Below, piece by piece: positions 57,099 to 64,000 of a stretch of 64,000 nt of DNA. The stretch lies in sequence record MZ234015.1; one strand, 5' to 3'. This DNA comes from Escherichia phage vB_EcoP-101114BS3. The notes under the pieces are model-generated. The model saw only the letters and a list, made by a program, of their open reading frames with translations, had not been told where the DNA came from and searched no databases. The position numbers and the translations under genes were made by a program. Positions within the stretch are counted from its first letter, which is position 1. Every line of letters starts with the position of its first letter.

Positions 57099-57317
57099 AT
57101 GAAAATGATGAAACAGGTAACTTATGGTCTAGCTTGCTTAGGGACAGGTTTTGTGATTTCCACAGCAGTACCTGTAAATGCAGTAGGCTCTCATTCTATT
57201 ATAGAAGCTCCTGTAGAGAAGCTTAGTTCTCAATGTAAACAAAGGACCATTCAAAATAATTTGGTTGTTATTTGCCCAGACGCTCAATCTTCAGCTCTGA
57301 GAAAAATTCTTCCTTAA
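57099..57317 (+). CDS. small secreted protein
   Basis: Signal peptide-like N-terminus, 72 aa. Confidence 0.4.
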   Translation: MKMMKQVTYGLACLGTGFVISTAVPVNAVGSHSIIEAPVEKLSSQCKQRTIQNNLVVICPDAQSSALRKILP

Positions 57318-57350
57318 TTGACCTAAAATAACAACAAAAGGAGGTCAAAG

Positions 57351-57842
57351 ATGGACGCTATCGCATTGCCGCCTATACAGATGAGCCTAAGTCCGGCTGG
57401 TATGGAGTTTATCATGAAGCATGAAGGCATGAGAACTAAAGCCTATAAAGACTCCGCTGGAATCTGGACTATATGTGTAGGGGCTACGCGCGATATGAAT
57501 GGGTATCCAGTAAGACAAGGATTAACGTATTCTATAGAGGATTGTCTAGCTCTGCTAGATAGAGACACACAAGACTCTGTTCGTGCTACTCAGAAAAACA
57601 TAAGAGTTCCTATGCTAGCTCATGAATTTGATGCTGTCACTTCTTTCAACTTTAATGTTGGTGGTGGTGCTTTGTCAGCTTCAAAACTTAGGAAAGTGAT
57701 CAACGGAGATGTGAAGGGTGATGTTTACTCAGAGTTCTTACGTTGGGATAAGATAACTGTTAAAGGTGTAAAGCAGCGGAGTCCGGGACTTCACAATCGC
57801 AGGGTTGCAGAAGCAAATCTATACACTACAGGAAAATATTAA
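57351..57842 (+). CDS. lysozyme (glycoside hydrolase family 24, T4-lysozyme-like)
   Basis: KHEG...AYKDSAGIWTICVG catalytic Glu/Asp/Thr pattern. Confidence 0.85.
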   Translation: MDAIALPPIQMSLSPAGMEFIMKHEGMRTKAYKDSAGIWTICVGATRDMNGYPVRQGLTYSIEDCLALLDRDTQDSVRATQKNIRVPMLAHEFDAVTSFNFNVGGGALSASKLRKVINGDVKGDVYSEFLRWDKITVKGVKQRSPGLHNRRVAEANLYTTGKY

Positions 57843-57854
57843 TGGAGGTGCCTT

Positions 57855-58658
57855 TTGGCTATCGAAACAACTGCGGTAGTTACTACCGATTTAAACCCCC
57901 TATACCCACGGGACAGGGATTATCTTTATGAAGGGGCTGCCCAGATACGACTGGTCAAACAAGTATTAATTAACACCTTTCCTAACATCACAGAGCCAGT
58001 TCAACTTGACTCAGATTCTTTCAACATCTTAGCAAACAAGGTTTCCTTTACTGGAGATTCTATGGATGTTGGAGGTTTGATGATCAAAAACTTAACTCCG
58101 GGAACTGGTGATAAAGATGCTGTAACCAAAGGTCAGATGGAAGCTTTCATGTTAAACTGGATGCAGAATAAACTCTATCGTATTGGGGCTTACTATATCA
58201 CTGAAGAAGATATCAACCCCGGAGATTCTAGCTCTCTTGGTTTTGGTTCTTGGGCTAAAGTAACTGGTGTTGTTATGGGTACTGGTGTTGTTAACCCTGA
58301 TGGCTCTGTTCCTAATGCTCAGCGTGTAGAGTTCCAAGCAGGTGGTACTGGTGGTCGTGTATTTAACACAATTCGTGCTGACAACATGCCTCTGACTACA
58401 ATCAATGGTTCTAGTTTTCAAGTTAGTTCTTATTCTCACTCACATAATATCACAATGGGTCGTGGAGATGCTAGTGGTCACAACAGCAGTCCTAATTGGT
58501 ATAGTCCGGGTGGTGGTTATACTCAGGTAACTGACACTAACACCCACTCTCACTCAATTACAGGTTCTGTTAGTTTTGGACGTGATGATGTATCGAGACA
58601 ACCCATCAACACTTTGCCGCCTTTCAGAGCAGCGCATATCTGGAGACGTATTAGCTAA
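57855..58658 (+). CDS. tail fiber-like protein with HxH motifs; TTG start
   Basis: SHSHNI and HSHSI motifs; only in-frame start after upstream stop is TTG at 57855 preceded by GGAGGTG. Confidence 0.5.
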   Translation: MAIETTAVVTTDLNPLYPRDRDYLYEGAAQIRLVKQVLINTFPNITEPVQLDSDSFNILANKVSFTGDSMDVGGLMIKNLTPGTGDKDAVTKGQMEAFMLNWMQNKLYRIGAYYITEEDINPGDSSSLGFGSWAKVTGVVMGTGVVNPDGSVPNAQRVEFQAGGTGGRVFNTIRADNMPLTTINGSSFQVSSYSHSHNITMGRGDASGHNSSPNWYSPGGGYTQVTDTNTHSHSITGSVSFGRDDVSRQPINTLPPFRAAHIWRRIS

Positions 58659-58667
58659 GGAGGAACT

Positions 58668-61600
58668 ATGGCGCTTTATCCAATAAAATCTTTAGGGGCT
58701 GTAGGGGTTATTGCTGACCAAGCTCCGACTGATTTAGCACCTAATGCTTTCACTAATGCTATCAATGCCCGCTTTGTAGAGCAAAGAGTTTTTAAGACGG
58801 GGGGCAATGCCCCTCTTTCTTATGTAGAAGAAGATAAAGAGATTACACCACTTTCTTTTATATCAATGCCTTTTGACTACTATAGTGCAGGTAATAGCTT
58901 TCTGATTGTTGGTACAGACAAAAAGCTATACAAGCTAACAGATGAAAGTTTGACAGATATTAGCCGAAAGGTTGCTACTGTCACAAAAAGAGCTTCCGCT
59001 TCTATTAAGATATATCCGGTTGTTTCTCAGATTGTTCCTAAAGAAACTTCTATTTCAATGAATTTCAATCAAACTAAAACCTTGGAAGTTTCTATTCTTC
59101 CTGAAGATGCTAATAACACAGCTTTAGTTTGGGAGGTTAGTAATTCTTCTTATGGTAAAGTAGAAGCTGACACCGAGAACCCTAAAACTGCAACCTTGAC
59201 GTCTTATGAAAAAGAAGGGAATTTAGTAGTTACTGTATCAACAGCTGATAAATCTATTAGTGCTCAGATTGCAGTAAACATCATAGATGGTGATTCTGGT
59301 ATCTTCTTAAGTCAGGATACAATAACTGTCCGCAAAGGTGGTAACACAACACTAACTGCTGTTACTGGAAAAACTCCTGTAACTTGGGTCTCTAGTAATG
59401 CTTCTGTTGTGTCTGTAACACCTAATGCTAATACACTGACAGCTACTTTGTCTGCTAATGGTGAGGGTACTGTAACAATAACTGCTGATAACGGAACTAA
59501 GAGTGCTTCTTGTCAAATTACTGTTATACCTCAGATAGACAGTATCACTCTGAGTCAGACAAGCGTTCAAATGAGCAGGGGTACTCAGTATGTTTTAACT
59601 GCTACGGTTAATCCTTCAGATGCTCCCAATAAAAGCATAACTTGGACTTCCTCTAATCCTGCCATTGCCACAGTTTCTGGAAATAGTACAGAAGCGGTAA
59701 TAACAGGGTTACTAGCTGGGTTTACTGAAATCACAGCTGTTACTCAAGAGGGTGATAGATCAGCAACCTGTACAGTGAGAGTTGATTTAGCTGGGAGAAT
59801 GATGCGAACTTCTGCAATGGCTTTATCAGAACCTGTTGTAGATTCTATACAAGAAGAAGAAACCAATAATACTCCTATCGAATCAGAAGAGGTTTTATAT
59901 TTTGTTAATGAGCCATCTGGAGTTGATACCTCAGGGATGTATGAAGGTAACAACTTCTATGATTACTCAAACGTCAATGATATGGAAGGTTTTGCACGAG
60001 CTGCACTTATGTCCAGCGATACTCCGTTGCAATCTTTATCACTAGATATCATCGATGCCTCTCTTGATGTTGGGGAAGATATTGTAATTACAGCCAATGC
60101 TTTGCCTGAGGGAGAGTATTTCTATCAGTGGACAGTGGACAAAGCAGGATATGTTTCAACCACATCTACTACCGGGAAATCTCTAAAACTGACAGCTATT
60201 CGTAAAGGTGAGATCAAAGTTACTTGTACTGCTAGTCAAATGACTCAGAAAGATTATGATGCTTTTGACGACTATCCTTGGTATCACACCATAATCTCTA
60301 ACTGTGCAGTGGCTACCACTCACTATGAAACACCACAGGTCAAAGAATTTGAATCTGAGTATTTCGTAGATCTTCCGGGATGGGGTGAGCAAACAGTCGT
60401 TGATAATGATGGCAACCCTTCTGTTAAGAAATTTAACTGGAAGTGTGAGCGTATTCGTGCATTCAACAACAGACTTTTTGCTCTGAATATGAGGGAATCT
60501 AATGCATCTGGTGTAACTACTCACTACCCTCTAAGACTTCGGTGGTCGAATTTCGCTAACGAAAACAAAGCTCCATCTCTTTGGGATGATTATGCTTATG
60601 ATCGTTTAACAACTTCAGACCTATCAGCAAACATTGTTGGTCAAACTGAGGCTTTGGAAAATGGGTACGCTGGGTATATAGATTTAGCAGATTCTAACGG
60701 AAGCTTGATTGATGTACTTCCTCTGAAAGATTACCTTTTTGTTTACACGGAGTTCGAAACCTACATTGGTTCTCCAACCAATAACACATATCAGCCTCTT
60801 ATGTTTAAGAAGCTGTTTAATGACTCTGGCATACTTGCTCCTGAGTGTGCAGTTGAAGTCGAAGGTGGACACTTCGTAGTAACTCAAAATGATGTGATCT
60901 TACACAATGGTGCATCTAAAAAATCTATAGCATCTAACCGAGTCAAGAATCTTCTCATTAATGAGATCTGTCTAGTAAACCCTCTAGCTACTAGAGTTCA
61001 CCTACACCAAGACAAGAAAGAGGTTTGGGTTTTATATGTAGGTCCGGGAGAGCCTAAAGAGAGTTTTGCTTGTAATAAAGCCGCTGTTTGGAATTATGAG
61101 TTTGACACTTGGTCTTTCCGTACAATACCATATGCTCAGTGTATTGGGTTAGTCGATCCACCAGTTCTTGAGAGAGGTCCAATCTGGGCAGATTTTCAAG
61201 AGATCACTTGGGATGATCCCTCTATTAACCAATTAGTCTGGAGAAAGGATGCTAATAACTTCCGTCAAAGGATTACAATAGTTGGCTCTTTCCTGAAAGG
61301 ATTCTATCAAGTGGATGTTGGTGCTCTGGATTACATCTATGATAGAACCAACGATAGGATTATAGAAAAACCTTTAGAAATGAGGCTAGAAAGAACTGGT
61401 ATTGATTTTGATAGTGTCACTAACGAGTGGAATCAAAAACATATTAATAGATTTAGACCTCAAGTCACTGGTACGGGTACCTATACTTTTGAAGTCGGTG
61501 GAAGTCAATTCTCAAACGAGTATGGACATAATCACTCAACTAAAGAGTTTAGGGTAGGCTCAGATCGTCATGTATCCGTGAGACTGAACCATCCATACCT

Positions 61601-61688
61601 ATTCTATAATGTTATAGATAATGATGTTAACAGTAATGCTTCTATGAATGGTTTAACTATAGAGTTTAGTGTTGGCGGTCGAAGATAA
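58668..61688 (+). CDS. large tail protein with tandem Ig-like (Big_2) domains
   Basis: Three to four Big_2-like repeats in residues ~120-380, 1006 aa. Confidence 0.7.
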   Translation: MALYPIKSLGAVGVIADQAPTDLAPNAFTNAINARFVEQRVFKTGGNAPLSYVEEDKEITPLSFISMPFDYYSAGNSFLIVGTDKKLYKLTDESLTDISRKVATVTKRASASIKIYPVVSQIVPKETSISMNFNQTKTLEVSILPEDANNTALVWEVSNSSYGKVEADTENPKTATLTSYEKEGNLVVTVSTADKSISAQIAVNIIDGDSGIFLSQDTITVRKGGNTTLTAVTGKTPVTWVSSNASVVSVTPNANTLTATLSANGEGTVTITADNGTKSASCQITVIPQIDSITLSQTSVQMSRGTQYVLTATVNPSDAPNKSITWTSSNPAIATVSGNSTEAVITGLLAGFTEITAVTQEGDRSATCTVRVDLAGRMMRTSAMALSEPVVDSIQEEETNNTPIESEEVLYFVNEPSGVDTSGMYEGNNFYDYSNVNDMEGFARAALMSSDTPLQSLSLDIIDASLDVGEDIVITANALPEGEYFYQWTVDKAGYVSTTSTTGKSLKLTAIRKGEIKVTCTASQMTQKDYDAFDDYPWYHTIISNCAVATTHYETPQVKEFESEYFVDLPGWGEQTVVDNDGNPSVKKFNWKCERIRAFNNRLFALNMRESNASGVTTHYPLRLRWSNFANENKAPSLWDDYAYDRLTTSDLSANIVGQTEALENGYAGYIDLADSNGSLIDVLPLKDYLFVYTEFETYIGSPTNNTYQPLMFKKLFNDSGILAPECAVEVEGGHFVVTQNDVILHNGASKKSIASNRVKNLLINEICLVNPLATRVHLHQDKKEVWVLYVGPGEPKESFACNKAAVWNYEFDTWSFRTIPYAQCIGLVDPPVLERGPIWADFQEITWDDPSINQLVWRKDANNFRQRITIVGSFLKGFYQVDVGALDYIYDRTNDRIIEKPLEMRLERTGIDFDSVTNEWNQKHINRFRPQVTGTGTYTFEVGGSQFSNEYGHNHSTKEFRVGSDRHVSVRLNHPYLFYNVIDNDVNSNASMNGLTIEFSVGGRR

Positions 61689-61693
61689 CAAAT

Positions 61694-61720
61694 AGGGGCT
61701 TCGGCCCCTTTTATTGTTTT
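61694..61720 (+). terminator. terminator-like hairpin
   Basis: AGGGGC-TTCG-GCCCCT followed by TTTTATTGTTTTT. Confidence 0.55.
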
Positions 61721-61735
61721 TAATTGGAGGTACTT

Positions 61736-62704
61736 ATGGGTGCTGGAGGTTTTCGAAAGAATACTGGTAGAAACAACACCACACTTCCGTACAATGTTGG
61801 TTTTCTAAACAATGTGCAGGATACAGAAACTTACAACGTTGCCGTCTATGATGAACTACAAAAAGTTAGTACAGCAACTAATCAGATGTTTCAAGCCATT
61901 GATGAAATACATGAAGAAATTGATGTTAGGATTAAAGCTCTTAATGCAATGAATCTTCAATTTGATGAACTTGAAAACAGAATTACTACAGAGATCGAAA
62001 CAGCTATTGCTGATATTCAAACACAGATGGGCAATCTGTCCACTGAAGATATTTGGGATAATTCAGTACAACCGCCAGTTAAGCTAGAAAGTTCTATGGC
62101 AGGGTTTAAAACTTCTATAGAAGGTAATGAGGTTAAGATACAATCTGTTGAGGGAATCGTAAACCAGCAGGGAGAGGAAATTGGCTTAGTTCAAACAGAG
62201 ATCTCTAATATCAATAGCAGCCTATCTTCTTATATGAAGCTATCTGACTACGAGGCTACGTGGGGGGTTAACTCAAATGTCAACGGTAGGTATGCTGGTG
62301 TCAAACTAACTAACAATGGCACGAACAGTCAGTTCCAAGTTACGGCTGATAAGTTTGTTGTGGGTGACGGTAACTCAGGTAATACACCTTTTGTGTTTGA
62401 AGGAGGTCGAGCTAAGATAGAGTTTGCTGATATTAAGAATGTCAATATCACAACTGCTCAGATTGCTAATGCTCGTATCCAGTTTGCTCAGATAGATAAC
62501 GTGTGGATTACTGATGGTCAGATTGCCAATCTTACAGCTAACAAGATCACTGCTGGCTCTATGTCCGGTTCTAACTGGAGACTTACAGTAGGTGGAGATT
62601 TTGTAATGGGTGGTACAGGCGGTTCTCAGTTATGGATGAACGGTAATAGAATAGATTTTTATGATGGGAGTGGAACTCTTCGCATAAGAATAGGGAGTTG
62701 GTAA
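61736..62704 (+). CDS. tail fiber/tail tip protein
   Basis: Start moved to ATG after GGAGG; coiled-coil N-terminal half and beta-rich C-terminal half. Confidence 0.5.
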   Translation: MGAGGFRKNTGRNNTTLPYNVGFLNNVQDTETYNVAVYDELQKVSTATNQMFQAIDEIHEEIDVRIKALNAMNLQFDELENRITTEIETAIADIQTQMGNLSTEDIWDNSVQPPVKLESSMAGFKTSIEGNEVKIQSVEGIVNQQGEEIGLVQTEISNINSSLSSYMKLSDYEATWGVNSNVNGRYAGVKLTNNGTNSQFQVTADKFVVGDGNSGNTPFVFEGGRAKIEFADIKNVNITTAQIANARIQFAQIDNVWITDGQIANLTANKITAGSMSGSNWRLTVGGDFVMGGTGGSQLWMNGNRIDFYDGSGTLRIRIGSW

Positions 62705-62705
62705 T

Positions 62706-63740
62706 ATGGCATATGGAATATGGACAAGACCTGTTGGTCCGGGTCCGGCGGCACCTGCTGACATTTACATTGATAGTGGTAGCACGTTTCCTCAACTCAA
62801 GAATAGAGTTAGCGGTAACTTTGCATTTAGTGGAAACATTTGTGACCTCCCTATAAACGGGTGGGATGGAAGTGGTCAAATAGTTATTGTCCCAACAGGC
62901 TCTGTGGTATGGGAAAGATACATACCGCCTAATGTGACCTCTGACGTATACTGGATAAATAACATCTCAGTTATTAATAACTCTACTTTTCGAGTTACTA
63001 TGGATTATAATGTTAATGGGTGGATATTTGATATGGCTTTTAATGTGTATCAGATATGGCCTAGAGCTAATAGAAACTACGGAATTACTTTTTCTAACAC
63101 AGCTGATTACTTCTCTATTTCTGACTCTGGTACTGTTGGTCAGTGTATCTGGGCTTGGGAAGGTGACATAAACGGCTCTCTTCAGATACCAGATATTGGA
63201 GGTTTTGATATGAGCCGGGCAACTGTTTATGCAAACTGGAGTCACGGAGGGGCTGGGTTGTTATATAACCCGTCTAACAGGGTTGTTTATGTGTACCAAA
63301 ACAGGTCTCACGATAACAGTAACACAAACCAAACAGGATATATTGGTGGTGTTAGGATTGCTGTTTTCTGCGATGGTTCTGTGGTACCAACTCACAACGG
63401 TGGCCTAAATATCTTTTCCCCAAATGGGTCTCAGTGCGTATTCTCTACCTACAGAACCCCTTTTAGTGTTGAGGGGTTTATGCCTATGAGTGGAGGTAAT
63501 ACATCTCTGGCCTATCCAATGATACCACTGTCTTATGGGGCTGGGGCTATACGAGGAAGTGCTAGTGGTTGGTACTTTCAACACACAAGATCTCATATGA
63601 TGAATGGATCTTCTTTTGGGACAGGGTATGGAAGAATGATATACTCTTGGTCAAATCAGTATGATCTCGGTGGTGGGGGTGCTCTAGGATTAAGTATTCC
63701 GGTATTAGACGCCAAGAAGATTTTTAGAAGCATACAATAA
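62706..63740 (+). CDS. virion structural protein (possible receptor-binding protein)
   Basis: 344 aa, Gly/Ser/Asn/Trp-rich, directly after tail fiber gene. Confidence 0.45.
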   Translation: MAYGIWTRPVGPGPAAPADIYIDSGSTFPQLKNRVSGNFAFSGNICDLPINGWDGSGQIVIVPTGSVVWERYIPPNVTSDVYWINNISVINNSTFRVTMDYNVNGWIFDMAFNVYQIWPRANRNYGITFSNTADYFSISDSGTVGQCIWAWEGDINGSLQIPDIGGFDMSRATVYANWSHGGAGLLYNPSNRVVYVYQNRSHDNSNTNQTGYIGGVRIAVFCDGSVVPTHNGGLNIFSPNGSQCVFSTYRTPFSVEGFMPMSGGNTSLAYPMIPLSYGAGAIRGSASGWYFQHTRSHMMNGSSFGTGYGRMIYSWSNQYDLGGGGALGLSIPVLDAKKIFRSIQ

Positions 63741-63749
63741 GGAGAGGAT

Positions 63750-64000
63750 ATGGATAGGATTTTAGGAGTTTCAGAACTAGACCCACTGGTTCAACAAGCT
63801 GCTAAGAAGTATGGTATTCCTGCTGCTCTTGTTCATGCGGTGATTCAGAGGGAGTCTAGTGGTAAACCCTCTGCCGCTTCAGGAACAGGGCCAGTAGGAT
63901 TGATGCAGATTAGTAAAGGCTTGGCTAAAGATTATGGATATAAACTTGAAGATAGGTTAGACCCTGCAAAGAATATTGACATGGGTGCTAGATATTTAAG
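63750..64000 (+). CDS. lytic transglycosylase (SLT) domain protein, partial (continues past window end)
   Basis: RBS AAGGAGAGG; VIQRESSGKP...GLMQI SLT motif. Confidence 0.8.
   Translation, partial: MDRILGVSELDPLVQQAAKKYGIPAALVHAVIQRESSGKPSAASGTGPVGLMQISKGLAKDYGYKLEDRLDPAKNIDMGARYL

Noticed and set aside
61724-61735. TTG start for tail fiber at 61724
   Set aside because: Same reasoning: GGAGG at 61726..61730 followed by ATG at 61736.

Overview
This 64-kb window reads as most of a virulent tailed dsDNA phage genome with two divergently transcribed arms. The minus-strand arm (1 to ~41.7 kb) carries overlapping spanin-like lysis genes, a T7-supergroup-style replication and nucleotide module (family A DNA polymerase, a separately encoded 3'-5' exonuclease, gp4-like primase-helicase, dCTP deaminase, ThyX, PhoH, thioredoxin-like, Dps-like), one tRNA-Arg(UCU), many small early genes in paralogous families, and an unusual amide-bond ligase cassette (ATP-grasp, two amidoligase-like proteins, a class II glutamine amidotransferase fused to zinc ribbons, and a GGCT/AIG2-like cyclotransferase). 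This cassette is the best candidate for an undescribed biosynthetic or modification system. The plus-strand arm (~42.7 to 64 kb) is the packaging and structural module: small and large terminase, portal, scaffold, major capsid with a predicted -1 frameshift Ig-like extension, several tail fibers, a GH24 endolysin and an SLT-domain protein cut by the window end. Between the arms lie a 1.3-kb ORF-free repeat- and hairpin-rich region and a 1.2-kb region with three arrays of ATGGGT(A/G) iteron-like repeats. Gene content is reminiscent of phiEco32-like podoviruses, but that is recollection only. All calls come from reading the sequence and the ORF track and from recalled family motifs; no database search or folding computation was run, so function calls are hypotheses and start codons were adjusted by eye using RBS context.
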